A stretch of 58,956 nucleotides of DNA from Deltaproteobacteria bacterium (GCA_019313825.1 JAFDAM010000003.1:1-58956), one strand, 5' to 3'. Counted from the stretch's first letter, positions 9,149-19,703 are shown. Notes: generated from the letters alone by a model not told the origin. Translations and numbers: made by a program.

Positions 9149-10453
9149 TCATCCCATTAATCCGGGGAGGAAGAGGCTGATCTGCGGCACAGTCACTAAA
9201 ATTGCAAGGCATATCAATAGGGCGATGGAAAAAGGTATTGCTCCCATGATAACCTCCTGGATCGATACTTGCCCCCCTGACACCCCTTTAATTATATAGA
9301 GGTTCATACCCATTGGCGGCGTGATATTGGATAGTTCGCACATAACGCAAGTTAAGACGCCGAACCATATGGGATCAAATCCAAGATCCACAACAATTGG
9401 GAATAAGGTGGGCAGGGTAAGAAGGATCATGGGCAGCCCATCCATCATCATGCCGAGCGGGATATATACCAGCAATATAATAATAAGAACCACATGATTC
9501 GGGACAGGGAGATTTCCCATTGCTGCCGCAATCATTGCGGGTATACCGCTCAAAGTCAAAAAGCCGTTAAAGACCTGAGCCCCTATGAGAATCATAAAGA
9601 TCATGGCAGTCGTCTTTATTGTGCCCACAAGTGACGAACTGAGTCCGAGCCAAGTCAATCGCCCCTTAAAAACCATAATGATGAACGCCCCGGAGGCGCC
9701 GATGGCTCCTGCTTCCGAAGGGGTGAAAACGCCAAGGTAGAGCCCGCCGATTATCAAGATAAAAAGAGCCAGCATACCCCAGACACCTAAAAGCGATCTG
9801 ATCTTTTCCTTCCACGTAGATGACGGGCCACGCGGACCTATGTCGGGATTAATCCGGCATCTCACATAGATCAGAGTCAAAAAGATCAGGGCTATTAATA
9901 TACCCGGAATAATGCCTGCGATGAAGAGCTTGCCTATGGAAGAGCCGGTCAGAAATCCGTACACGATAAAGACAACGCTTGGGGGTATAAGAATACCCAG
10001 GGTTCCTCCGGCAGCCACGCAGCCGGTTGCTAATCGCATACTGTACTTGAATTTTTTCATCTCAGGCATGGCTATGGTTCCCATAGTAGCGGCTGAAGCC
10101 AGGCTGGAGCCGGTGCATGCGGCAAATAGGGTACAGGCTACCGTGGTTGCAAGGGCTATTCCTCCGGGCTTCCCTCCGACCCATTTATAAGCGGACTCAT
10201 AGAGATCTTTGCTTATTCCGGATTGAAAGGCGAATTGACCCATCAGGATAAATAATGGGATAACCACCATCTGATAGGTACTACCCCATGTATACGGGAC
10301 ACTCCCTAAAAGATAACAGGCTGAATCGAAAGTCCTTACCAGGACAAATCCAAAGAAACCGATTGTTAGAAAAGCAAAACCGATCGGCATGCCTATAAAG
10401 ATGAACAGAAAGAATAGGCACAGACAGATGATCCCTACTGTGACTGGTTCCAA
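9149..10453 (-). CDS. dctM: TRAP transporter large permease DctM
   Basis: IPLFILMG, GGTLGILIPPS, DPIWFGV and ITPPMGMNL motifs. Confidence 0.95.
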   Translation of the reverse strand: MEPVTVGIICLCLFFLFIFIGMPIGFAFLTIGFFGFVLVRTFDSACYLLGSVPYTWGSTYQMVVIPLFILMGQFAFQSGISKDLYESAYKWVGGKPGGIALATTVACTLFAACTGSSLASAATMGTIAMPEMKKFKYSMRLATGCVAAGGTLGILIPPSVVFIVYGFLTGSSIGKLFIAGIIPGILIALIFLTLIYVRCRINPDIGPRGPSSTWKEKIRSLLGVWGMLALFILIIGGLYLGVFTPSEAGAIGASGAFIIMVFKGRLTWLGLSSSLVGTIKTTAMIFMILIGAQVFNGFLTLSGIPAMIAAAMGNLPVPNHVVLIIILLVYIPLGMMMDGLPMILLTLPTLFPIVVDLGFDPIWFGVLTCVMCELSNITPPMGMNLYIIKGVSGGQVSIQEVIMGAIPFSIALLICLAILVTVPQISLFLPGLMG

Positions 10454-10947
10454 TCCGGTACTCCTTTATCCGACTTAAGATAGTGAATAAGATCGACAAT
10501 CAACTGAAGGCACAGTACTATTACTCCTACGGTAACAAAGAACTGAAAGGGGTAGACAGGGATATCTATTACATCTACAAATTCCTGGGATTCTACGGAT
10601 TCAATGGCCTTAAGCGCTGATTGCCAGGCCATTATTCCAAAAATGCCTATGGCTATTAGGGAGCTTATGGCACCGACAGCTGACTGGATGCGAGGGCGAA
10701 ACAGTATAAAGAAGGCATCTATCTTAACGTTGCCGTCAATGGACTGTGTGTACGGCCAGGCAAAAAAGACAATCCCGAGCAGGAGGAGCTCGCTGATGCT
10801 GTAACATCCAGGGATCGGCCTACCAAAGAAATATCTACCGATCACATCTATTGATCCGATGACCATTAATGCCACCAACATAGCTGCGCTTACTGTGCTC
10901 AGTATGTTGGTGGCAGTGCTAACTATCCGTGTGTAAACGCTTTTCAT
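10435..10947 (-). CDS. dctQ: TRAP transporter small permease DctQ
   Basis: About four TM helices; DVIGRYFFGRPI motif; between dctP and dctM. Confidence 0.92.
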   Translation of the reverse strand: MKSVYTRIVSTATNILSTVSAAMLVALMVIGSIDVIGRYFFGRPIPGCYSISELLLLGIVFFAWPYTQSIDGNVKIDAFFILFRPRIQSAVGAISSLIAIGIFGIMAWQSALKAIESVESQEFVDVIDIPVYPFQFFVTVGVIVLCLQLIVDLIHYLKSDKGVPDWNQSQ

Positions 10948-10948
10948 C

Positions 10949-11980
10949 TTATCTTGCAAACGGCCTTTCCACGCCTAGGTCAATCAGGATATCATAAAGC
11001 TCGTTAAGGAGCTCATCAACCGGAACTCCGCGTGCCTTATATCTCTTTTTCCAGTTAGCAAAGATAGGCTTGTAAAGTTGATTCAGTTCAACCATCTCTT
11101 CCGGAGAGAATCTTGTTATCTTTCCTCCTGAATCAAGAAATATCTTTTTGCCAAGGTCTGTAAACCCCTGGAACGCATCGGCCATCATGAGTGAATATCT
11201 TTTCTCATTTTTTTCCAGGACTTCCCTTACTTTTGCAGGAAGTTTATTATATACGCTCCTGTTTACACCGATCACATACGGTCCACCGCTCATGGACACA
11301 TCAGTGGCGTATTTTACAACTTCATGAAGTGAAAAAACAGGCATCCCTGGCCAGATCTGCCATGCCCCGTCAATGACTCCCGTATCAAGGGCAACGTACA
11401 CTTCCTGAACCGGCATGCTGACCGGTGTTCCGCCCGCCCTTTTCACCATCTGTGAATGAATTGTATAGGGGGCACTAATCTTTTTCCCTTTGAGCCCTGC
11501 TAACTTATCTACGGGCTTGTCACCCCACATGAACAGGAAACCGCCATTATTCCCAACTGCAATCGGGACGATCTTGGATAATTCCTTGTCCAGACGACCT
11601 TTCTTCCACAGGTTATAATAGGCCATTACGGTTATTCTATTTGAGGGGTAATAGATGGGGAGTGTTATCATCTCCGCCACTGGGAATCGACCTGGGCTAT
11701 AGGTGGGTCCGAAAAGCGCAATATCGCATAAGCCATTGACCAGGGCATCATAGTAGTCGCTTGGCTTTCCAAGTGCCTTCCAGGATATCTCGCACTTAAT
11801 TGTGCCGCCGGACGCCTCTTCCATCTCTTTGGCGATGGTCTGTAGAACTTTAGTGTTTGGATCCTTTGGAACATTCCAGTGGGCTATGTGCAGCTTCATC
11901 TGTTTGGCGGCCGCCATAGGAATAGAAAAGGTTAATGCCAAAAAAACAGCAACGATAAGAACCAGACATAATCGTTTCAT
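10949..11980 (-). CDS. dctP: TRAP substrate-binding protein DctP
   Basis: Signal peptide from ATG 11980 (RBS aaggagg); YSPGRFP and EVYVALDTGVIDG motifs. Confidence 0.92.
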   Translation of the reverse strand: MKRLCLVLIVAVFLALTFSIPMAAAKQMKLHIAHWNVPKDPNTKVLQTIAKEMEEASGGTIKCEISWKALGKPSDYYDALVNGLCDIALFGPTYSPGRFPVAEMITLPIYYPSNRITVMAYYNLWKKGRLDKELSKIVPIAVGNNGGFLFMWGDKPVDKLAGLKGKKISAPYTIHSQMVKRAGGTPVSMPVQEVYVALDTGVIDGAWQIWPGMPVFSLHEVVKYATDVSMSGGPYVIGVNRSVYNKLPAKVREVLEKNEKRYSLMMADAFQGFTDLGKKIFLDSGGKITRFSPEEMVELNQLYKPIFANWKKRYKARGVPVDELLNELYDILIDLGVERPFAR

Positions 11981-12218
11981 TTTCGACCTCCTTATCACTA
12001 AAAGGTTGACGATAAATGGATGACTTTTTGATCATCCAGGATCTACGATGAGTTTTTCCATCGTCTTTTAAGTTAAGGCCTAGTTCGAACGAACTGGTTT
12101 TATGTAATACAGATAGTGCCCATCAGGAAATGCCATAAATACCCTCCTCTCGTCGAAGATCCCGCTTTAATAAACTGATCTGTCCACATGACATTCCTTG
12201 AAGGGCTTTGCTAAAAGG

Positions 12219-12872
12219 TCAAATTCGAACTTCATAGTTCTTTGCGAAAATGTCGCTTAAATAAGGAGTTATCGATTCAATACTCCCTTTTTGGGAAATG
12301 AACTCCAAGCTAATACTTTTTTGAACATCAATATTTTCAAGGAAATATATAGTAATATATTTTTGCCCCATTTCAGACAGGTTGACGGCCTGCCAGACGG
12401 CTATCACCCCCTTTACTTGTTTAATGAGTGGAATATATTCCTTGTCAAACAAGTTATTGATCATTTCATCATGATCCGGCCTAACGTTAACCTGAACTGT
12501 CCGAATAATATCACCCTTCTTCAGGTTAGTGGGGATCGGTCCGGTTAAAACCGATTTATAATTCCTTGCCTCAAAATTTTTAACAAATGGACGTATCTCT
12601 TTTGACCATTCTGTTTGGCTTACGGCTTTATACTCAGAAGAACTACGAACATCAATATTCTTATGCACATACAAAGACAGATACTTCTGTCCTTCACTCA
12701 GATTTATGCTGTTATAGTTCCAGATAACACCCTCCACCTTTCTGAGCAAAGGTTCATGTTCCGTATCATACCAACGATTGAAATCAGCCTCTTTTTCGGT
12801 ATCCACGTCAACATAGACGAACCATAGAACATTGCCCGGTTCTAACTTTAGGCCAGTCTCTATCTCTTTCAT
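12219..12872 (-). CDS. Protein with two tandem EthD/DUF4286-like dimeric alpha-beta barrel domains
   Basis: Internal repeat (EADFNRWYDTEHEPLLRKVEGV / DEMINNLFDKEYIPLIKQVKGV; GQKYLSLY / GQKYITIY). Confidence 0.6.
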   Translation of the reverse strand: MKEIETGLKLEPGNVLWFVYVDVDTEKEADFNRWYDTEHEPLLRKVEGVIWNYNSINLSEGQKYLSLYVHKNIDVRSSSEYKAVSQTEWSKEIRPFVKNFEARNYKSVLTGPIPTNLKKGDIIRTVQVNVRPDHDEMINNLFDKEYIPLIKQVKGVIAVWQAVNLSEMGQKYITIYFLENIDVQKSISLEFISQKGSIESITPYLSDIFAKNYEVRI

Positions 12873-12954
12873 AGAAATATAACTCCTGATAGATATTCCT
12901 GATAGCTCTTTGGTGCTACCGTGGTTTCATCTAAAGGCAAAACCTCACCAATTC

Positions 12955-14457
12955 TCATGCAAACTCCTTTTTGATTAACGCACGGTCCACCTTCCCTGCC
13001 CCTGTTTTAGGAAGCTCATCAACGATAACGACGCTCTTGGGTTTTTTGTAACTTGCCAATTCTCTCTTACAGGTCTTGATTATATCCTCTTCCTTAATCT
13101 CCATGTCTCTTTTCCGGGCAACAATGGCCTTGGGGACCTGCCCCCACTTTTTATCCGGGATCCCTATCACAACCACATCGGCCACCTCCGGCATTGATGC
13201 GATAACCTGTTCGATCTCAGCAGGAGAGATCTTTTCCGCGCCTGACTTTATCATGTCGTCGCCTCTACCTACCATATAAAAAAATCCTTCTTTATCCCGA
13301 TAGGCCAGATCTCCGGTCTTCATCCATCCCTCTTGAAAGGTCTCTTCTGTTTTCTGAGGGCTTTTCCAATAACCGGGAGAAACAGTAGGTCCGCCAATTA
13401 CCAGTTCACCGACTTCGCCTTCAGGCACCTCTTCAAAGTTGTCTGATACCAACTTCACCTCAACATGGGTCGCGATTTTACCGATTGACCCGTTCATCAG
13501 ATCATCACCGGGTCTTTGATAGATGGCCCCATCTGTAGTCTCGCTCAAGCCAAATACGTTTATGGCGTCAACGCCTTTATCCACGAAGGCCTTTTGCAGT
13601 GCAGGATCAAGAGGTTCTCCTCCTACCAGAAAAAACCTGAGAGAGCCAAGTTCACGATCAGGAAAGCTTGGGGCATTAACCATCATCCTCAAATGGGTTG
13701 CCACCACCGCAAAGCAGGTAACGCTCTCATCTTCGATGATCTGCAATGTCTTTTCTGCCTCAAATCGGTTTTGCAAAACCAGGCGTCCGCCAAGATGCAG
13801 GCCGGATATGGTCAGGGCGTTCAGTCCAGCCACATGAAACAGAGGTGCTGTAACCAATACGACATCTTCATATGTCATTCCCCAATCTATGATGCTGTCT
13901 ACAGACTTAAAGAATGCGTTGAGATGAGTCTGGATCACGCCTTTGGGCTCTCCTGATGAGCCACTGGTATAGATCAGAACAAAAGGTTCCTCAGCCTTCC
14001 CGTAACTATAATGTGGTTTTTCCGAAATTGAGGTATCAAAGCTTATGGTATCAATGTCAATGACCTTCCTAACATGATGATCTATCTGCTGATACCTGTC
14101 TTTAAAGATTGAATCATAGAATACAACCGGAGATAGTGCATCCGAGAGTATCTGGCTTACCTCTTTGGCTGATAACCTGAAGTTGATAGGGACAAAAATA
14201 CATCCAAGCTTGGCACATGCTAACATTAGATCAAAACTCTCTATCCTGGTGATTGATACTATAGAGACCGTATCACCTCTTTTCAGACCCATCTCCATCA
14301 GGTAGTGAGCACAACTATCTGACCTTTCCTTTAAATCGCCATAGGTATATGACTCCCCGCTGCTTGTATCCGTTATGGCGATCCTTTCCGGATGAATCTC
14401 GGCCTTTTTATCTATTATGAAGCCCAGGTTTACAGTATGCATATCAGAGATGGCCAT
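12955..14457 (-). CDS. AMP-forming acyl/aryl-CoA ligase, copy A
   Basis: YTSGSSGEPKG, FGLSET, TGDLAY and PKTGAGKVD adenylate-forming motifs. Confidence 0.93.
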   Translation of the reverse strand: MAISDMHTVNLGFIIDKKAEIHPERIAITDTSSGESYTYGDLKERSDSCAHYLMEMGLKRGDTVSIVSITRIESFDLMLACAKLGCIFVPINFRLSAKEVSQILSDALSPVVFYDSIFKDRYQQIDHHVRKVIDIDTISFDTSISEKPHYSYGKAEEPFVLIYTSGSSGEPKGVIQTHLNAFFKSVDSIIDWGMTYEDVVLVTAPLFHVAGLNALTISGLHLGGRLVLQNRFEAEKTLQIIEDESVTCFAVVATHLRMMVNAPSFPDRELGSLRFFLVGGEPLDPALQKAFVDKGVDAINVFGLSETTDGAIYQRPGDDLMNGSIGKIATHVEVKLVSDNFEEVPEGEVGELVIGGPTVSPGYWKSPQKTEETFQEGWMKTGDLAYRDKEGFFYMVGRGDDMIKSGAEKISPAEIEQVIASMPEVADVVVIGIPDKKWGQVPKAIVARKRDMEIKEEDIIKTCKRELASYKKPKSVVIVDELPKTGAGKVDRALIKKEFA

Positions 14458-14494
14458 ACATCAAGCACCCCCTTACTCATCACCTATCAGATAT

Positions 14495-15316
14495 TTATTT
14501 CTCCTTCTTGTAAGTTTCGCCGGTCCCTGTCTTGATCTTCTTTTCCTTGAACTGCTTGAGAGCGATCTTGACCATCTCACCTTCACTCAAAAAATAATTT
14601 TCATGAATATGAGCCATCTCCAGTTCAATGGCCTCCCAATATTGCATGTGCCTGGTCATCCGACACATGGTTTTCGCTGTCTTATAGGCGGATGGATGTT
14701 TGTTGGCCAGTTTTTTCACCATTTTCCAGGCCTCTTCCTCCAATTGGTCATGAGGAACCACCTTGGTCACTAAACCCATTCTAAACGCCTCCTCCGCGTC
14801 GATCCGGTCTCCGCTAAGACAGAGATACTCAAAGTGTTTCGGAAGAAGAAAATGGGAGACCGCCCAGGTGGTCCCACCAGCAGGGAAATGTGCAAAGTTG
14901 ATTTCAGACAAGCCAAACTTGGCGCGATCAGAGGCAATGGCCACATCACAGATCGATACTTGCACAATCCCTCCTCCATAGGTGTGTCCGTTTACCGCGG
15001 CCACAGTCGGCCTCTTGAGGTTATAAAGCTTTTGAGACCATTCAAGTATGGGGTCCATGACTCTACGAAAATTCTTTGAGTCACTCTCCTCCATTGTCTG
15101 AAGAAAGGAGAGATCAAGGTCCAATCCCGCGGAAAAGCTGTCACCGCTTCCTGTAAAGAGCACACCGCGGATCTCCGGGTCCTTCTCAATTCGGATCATG
15201 ACATCCAATAGCTCCTCGTCCATCTTTGGCGAGAAGGCGTTTTTCTTCTCGGGCCTGTTCAACCTGATAATTCCGATATTCTCCTTCACCTCGAATATAA
15301 TCTGCTCATAAGACAT
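14495..15316 (-). CDS. Crotonase-family enzyme, hydroxycinnamoyl-CoA hydratase/lyase-like, copy A
   Basis: NRPEKKNAFSP, FSAGLD, GGG, FGLSEIN and C-terminal KQF..KKIK.G...YK as in HCHL; ATG 15316 has RBS ggagg and gives the same 273 aa as the paralog. Confidence 0.85.
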   Translation of the reverse strand: MSYEQIIFEVKENIGIIRLNRPEKKNAFSPKMDEELLDVMIRIEKDPEIRGVLFTGSGDSFSAGLDLDLSFLQTMEESDSKNFRRVMDPILEWSQKLYNLKRPTVAAVNGHTYGGGIVQVSICDVAIASDRAKFGLSEINFAHFPAGGTTWAVSHFLLPKHFEYLCLSGDRIDAEEAFRMGLVTKVVPHDQLEEEAWKMVKKLANKHPSAYKTAKTMCRMTRHMQYWEAIELEMAHIHENYFLSEGEMVKIALKQFKEKKIKTGTGETYKKEK

Positions 15317-15442
15317 AATGTGTTCCCTCCTTAGTGTTTTTAAAGTTATTATTTTTAAAATGTACTTCGTTTCCAGGAAATTGATAATATGATTAACTCT
15401 CTTCAATTACGCTATTGGAAGACAATCTCTCGCCATGCATTC

Positions 15443-16606
15443 TTAATAGGAGCGAGGCATTCCTAAACTCTGGGCAAGGAAATTTTTTGCCATCTCATTC
15501 GTTATTGGAGAAATCCTGAAGACCCTTCCGTCTCGCCAATACCGCTCCATATCAAACTCCGTGGTGTATCCATATCCACCTAAGATCTGAATCCCAAGGT
15601 CAGTCACGCGGTTTACAATTTGCGAGCATGCAAGGAACGCCTCTGTAGCTTCAAAGCCAATTGGTCGTCCCATCGTCTCCAACCAGGCAGCCCGATAAGT
15701 TAAAAGTTGACCGGCATCAATCATGGTTTTCATGTCAGCAATATAGTGCTGCAGGATCTGAAAGTGATTGATGGTCTTTCCGAAGGCCGTTCTCTCGCCC
15801 ATGTATTGAACGGCATCCTCAAAGGCCGCCTGGGCTATACCTAAACAAATAGCTGAAAAACAGGTGCGTTCGCCATTAAGCAAAGGAAGCATCTGGTACC
15901 AGCCTTTGTTCTCTTCCCCCAGCAAGTTCTCCCTGGGGACCTCCACATCTTCAAAGTGAATCTCACAAAATCCTGTTGATTTCTGTCCCACCTTCTCTAT
16001 GGTGCGGATCGAGATCCCCGGCAGGTCTGTAGGAATAATCAGACATGAGATGCCCTGGGTCTTTTTGGGTGGATTTTTTATCGTCCTGAGCATTGTAAAG
16101 ATATAGTCGGATTGGTGAGCCTGAGTAATGAACATTTTAGAGCCATTGACAATAAAGCTCGCTCCATCGTCTGAAGGTTCAGCAAAAGTCGTCATGGACA
16201 GAACATCCGTGCCCCCTGAAGCCTCAGTCCATGCAAAACAGGTCTTAATCTTTCCCTTAACCAGCTCTGGAAGAAATTTGGCCTTCTGAGCCTCTGTCCC
16301 GAGTGCGGAAACCACCTTGTTTGTTAAGCCAATTGTGTTGGTAAAAGGCACTGCCAGTGCCAGTGTTGCCCGGGCAAGTTCTTGAACCACTATGACCATA
16401 TCGATCATCGTGCCTTCTGAACCCCCGTATTCCGCAGAGACCGGTAGACCCAGGAACCCCAGTTTCGCCATCTTCTGCCATAAGTCTTCGGGGAATTTAC
16501 CAGTATTATCGAGTTCGCGTGCATATTCCCGTGGACATTGTTCTTCGACGAATCTTCTAATTGTATTCTGTAATATGGCCTGTTCTTCAGATAGGTCAAA
16601 ATCCAT
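15443..16606 (-). CDS. Acyl-CoA dehydrogenase
   Basis: FAWTEASGGTD, NGSKMFIT, RTAFGKTI, GGYGYTTEFDMERYWRD motifs. Confidence 0.95.
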   Translation of the reverse strand: MDFDLSEEQAILQNTIRRFVEEQCPREYARELDNTGKFPEDLWQKMAKLGFLGLPVSAEYGGSEGTMIDMVIVVQELARATLALAVPFTNTIGLTNKVVSALGTEAQKAKFLPELVKGKIKTCFAWTEASGGTDVLSMTTFAEPSDDGASFIVNGSKMFITQAHQSDYIFTMLRTIKNPPKKTQGISCLIIPTDLPGISIRTIEKVGQKSTGFCEIHFEDVEVPRENLLGEENKGWYQMLPLLNGERTCFSAICLGIAQAAFEDAVQYMGERTAFGKTINHFQILQHYIADMKTMIDAGQLLTYRAAWLETMGRPIGFEATEAFLACSQIVNRVTDLGIQILGGYGYTTEFDMERYWRDGRVFRISPITNEMAKNFLAQSLGMPRSY

Positions 16607-16814
16607 AGCTTTTTCCTCTTAAATCTTGTTGGGTTAATACCGTAACTATCACAGCTTACACGGTATCTATTAATCCTCTTTAAGGCTGTTTCGAAGTCCT
16701 GGAGACAATCTTTTAAAAAACCTACCGCAAAATTACTAAATGGGCACAGGTGTGCATAAAATCTCAGTTAGGGCATTGATATATGATGAGCTTTTTTCTT
16801 CAATTTTGAAAAGA

Positions 16815-17032
16815 TCAAAGCCGGGCTTCGTAGTTCTTTTCGACAATATCGCTTAAATAAGAAATTATTGATTCAGTACGCCCTTTTTGGGGCGTGACCT
16901 CTCTTAGAAGTGGTGCATGTTCTGTGTTATACCAACGATTGTAATCAGCTTCTTTTTCGGTATCCACGTCAACATAGACGAACCATAGAACATTGCCGAT
17001 TCTAACTTTAGGCCAGTCTCTATCTCTTTCAT
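16815..17032 (-). pseudogene. Decayed duplicate of the 12219-12872 gene
   Basis: 5' end near-identical to 12770-12872 with a 1-nt deletion; 3' end matches 12219-12295; middle ~440 nt missing. Confidence 0.85.
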
Positions 17033-17114
17033 GGAAATATAACTCCTGATAGATATTTCTGATAGCTCTTTGGTGCTACCGTGGTTTCATCTAAAGGCAA
17101 AACCTCACCAATTC

Positions 17115-18617
17115 TCATGCAAACTCCTTTTTGATTAACGCACGGTCCACCTTCCCTGCCCCTGTTTTGGGAAGCTCATCAACGATAACGACGCTTTTAG
17201 GTTTTTTATAACCGGCCAATTCTCTCTTACAGGTCTTGATTATATCCTCTTCCTTAATCTCCATGCCTCTCTTCCGGGCAACAATGGCCTTGGGGACCTG
17301 CCCCCACTTTTTATCCGGGACCCCTACCACAACCACATCTGCCACCTCCGGCATTGATGCGATAACCTGTTCGATTTCAGCAGGAGAGACCTTTTCCGCG
17401 CCTGACTTTATCATGTCATCGCCTCTGCCTACCATATAAAAGAATCCATCCTTATCCCGATAAGCCAGATCTCCGGTCTTCATCCATCCCTCTTGAAAGG
17501 TCTCTTCTGTTTTCCGCGGGCTCTTCCAATAACCGGGAGAAATAGTAGGTCCGCCAACGACCAGTTCACCTACTTCGCCCTCTGAAACCTCTTGAGAGGC
17601 ATCCGATAATAGCTTCACCTCAACATGGGTTGCAATCTCACCCACAGATCCATTCATCAGATCATCACCGGGCCTTTGGTATATGGCCCCATCAGTGGTC
17701 TCGCTCAGACCAAAGACATTTAAGGTCTCAGCCCCTTTCTCCAAGAACGCTTCTTGAAGTGCAACCTCAAGAGGCTCTCCCCCTACCGGCATAAAACGAA
17801 GGGATCTAAGTTCTCGCTCCGGAAAGCTCGGAGCATTAACCATCATCCTCAAAGCGGTTGGTACCACAGCAAAGCAGGTAACATTATGATCTTCGATGAT
17901 CTGCAGGGTCTCCTCTGCCTCAAATCTCTTTTGCAAAACCAAACGTCCTCCGAGATGCAGGCCGGATATGGTCAATGCGTTCAGTCCGGCAACATGAAAC
18001 AGTGGCGCTGTAACCAATACCACGTCATCACATGTCATTCCCCAATCTATAATGCTGTCTACAGACTTAAAGAATGCGTTGAGGTGAGTCTGGATCACGC
18101 CTTTGGGCTCTCCTGATGAGCCACTGGTATATATCAGAACAAAAGGTTCCTCAGCCTTCCCGTGGGTGTAGTGTGGTTTTTCGGAAGTCGGGGTGTCAAG
18201 GCTTATGGTATTAATGTCAATGACCTTCCTAACATGATGATCTATCTGCTGATACCTGTCTTTAAAGATCGAATCATAGAACACAATTCGAGATTCCGCA
18301 TCCGAGAGTATCCGGTCTATTTCCTTGGCAGACAGTCTGAAGTTGACAGGGACAAAGACACATCCAAGCTTGGCACACGCTAACATTAGATCAAAACTCT
18401 CTATTCTGGTGATTGATATTATAGAGACCGTATCACCTCTTTTCAGGCCCATCTCCCTCAGGTAGTGGGCACAACTATCTGATCTCTCCTTTAAATCGCC
18501 ATAGGTATAGGACGTCCCCATACTTGTGTCTATTATGGCGATCCTTTCCGGATGAATCTCGGCCTTTTTATCTATTATGAAGCCCAGGTTTATTGAATGC
18601 ATATCAGAGATGCTCAT
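17115..18617 (-). CDS. AMP-forming acyl/aryl-CoA ligase, copy B
   Basis: 500 aa close paralog of 12955-14457 with the same core motifs. Confidence 0.93.
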   Translation of the reverse strand: MSISDMHSINLGFIIDKKAEIHPERIAIIDTSMGTSYTYGDLKERSDSCAHYLREMGLKRGDTVSIISITRIESFDLMLACAKLGCVFVPVNFRLSAKEIDRILSDAESRIVFYDSIFKDRYQQIDHHVRKVIDINTISLDTPTSEKPHYTHGKAEEPFVLIYTSGSSGEPKGVIQTHLNAFFKSVDSIIDWGMTCDDVVLVTAPLFHVAGLNALTISGLHLGGRLVLQKRFEAEETLQIIEDHNVTCFAVVPTALRMMVNAPSFPERELRSLRFMPVGGEPLEVALQEAFLEKGAETLNVFGLSETTDGAIYQRPGDDLMNGSVGEIATHVEVKLLSDASQEVSEGEVGELVVGGPTISPGYWKSPRKTEETFQEGWMKTGDLAYRDKDGFFYMVGRGDDMIKSGAEKVSPAEIEQVIASMPEVADVVVVGVPDKKWGQVPKAIVARKRGMEIKEEDIIKTCKRELAGYKKPKSVVIVDELPKTGAGKVDRALIKKEFA

Positions 18618-18719
18618 GCATCTTACACCTCCTTCCCTGTCTTGACTTGGGCCTCAAAGTGCAGCTCAATTGGCCACGTCTCGGTTTTCTCCGGAATACC
18701 AGACAAACCCTCAAAATGC

Positions 18720-19541
18720 TCATTTCTCCTTTTTGTAAGTTTCGCCGGCCCCTGTCTTGATCTTCTTTGCCTTGAACTGCTTGAGAGCGATCTTGACCAT
18801 CTCACCTTCGGTCAAGAAGTAGTTTTCATGGATATGAGCCATCTCCAGCTCTACGGCCTCCCAGAATTGCATATGCCTGGTCATTCTACACATTGTTTTC
18901 GCTGTCTTGTAGGCGTTTGGGTGTTTATTGGCCAATTTTTTCACCATATTCCAGGCCTCTTCCTCCAGTTGGTCATGAGGAACCACTTTAGTCACTAAAC
19001 CCATTTTAAACGCCTCTTCCGCATCGATCCGGTCTCCGCTGAGACAGAGATACTCAAAATGTTTCGGAAGAAGAAAGTGGGACAATGCCCAGCTGGTACC
19101 ACCTGCCGGGAAATGGGCAAAGTTGATCTCAGGCACTCCGAACTTAGCCCGGTCAGAGGCAATTGAAACATCGCAGAGTGAAACGGGGACAACGCCTCCT
19201 CCATAGCAATGTCCGTTTACTGCAGACACTGTTGCCCTATGGAGATTGTAAAGGATCCTATACCATCCTTGAATGGGGTCATGAATTTCATTGTAAGCGT
19301 CCGGATCCCCCTTTTCCATTGTTTGGAGAAAGGAGATATCAACATCCAAGCCGGCAGAAAAGCTGTCATCGCTTCCCGTTAAAAGTACCCCTCGAATTTC
19401 TGAATCCTTCTCAATTCGGGTCATCGCGTCCAGGATTTCCCTGTTCATCTTCGGAGAAAAGGCGTTTTTCTTCTCAGGCCTGTTAAACCTGATAATGCCT
19501 ATATTCTCCTTCACCTCGAATATAATCTGCTCATAAGACAT
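18720..19541 (-). CDS. Hydroxycinnamoyl-CoA hydratase/lyase-like crotonase, copy B
   Basis: 273 aa paralog of 14495-15316; FGVPEIN retains the catalytic Glu. Confidence 0.85.
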   Translation of the reverse strand: MSYEQIIFEVKENIGIIRFNRPEKKNAFSPKMNREILDAMTRIEKDSEIRGVLLTGSDDSFSAGLDVDISFLQTMEKGDPDAYNEIHDPIQGWYRILYNLHRATVSAVNGHCYGGGVVPVSLCDVSIASDRAKFGVPEINFAHFPAGGTSWALSHFLLPKHFEYLCLSGDRIDAEEAFKMGLVTKVVPHDQLEEEAWNMVKKLANKHPNAYKTAKTMCRMTRHMQFWEAVELEMAHIHENYFLTEGEMVKIALKQFKAKKIKTGAGETYKKEK

Positions 19542-19703
19542 GGTGCATTACCTCCTTAATTTTTTCTGAACAAAACTATTGATAGGAAAACTCATCTCTT
19601 ATTAAGATGCTCCCAGTTTCTCACCTCTTTTTTCGATTCAGGTATTAAATTGTATCGATAAAATTAATCTACTAATATATCTTATACGAGGCGCTAAGCA
19701 TTT

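Noticed and set aside
18623-18720. Possible gene remnant between hydratase B and ligase B (...WPIELHFEAQVKTGKEV*)
   Set aside because: Too short to assign and no independent start
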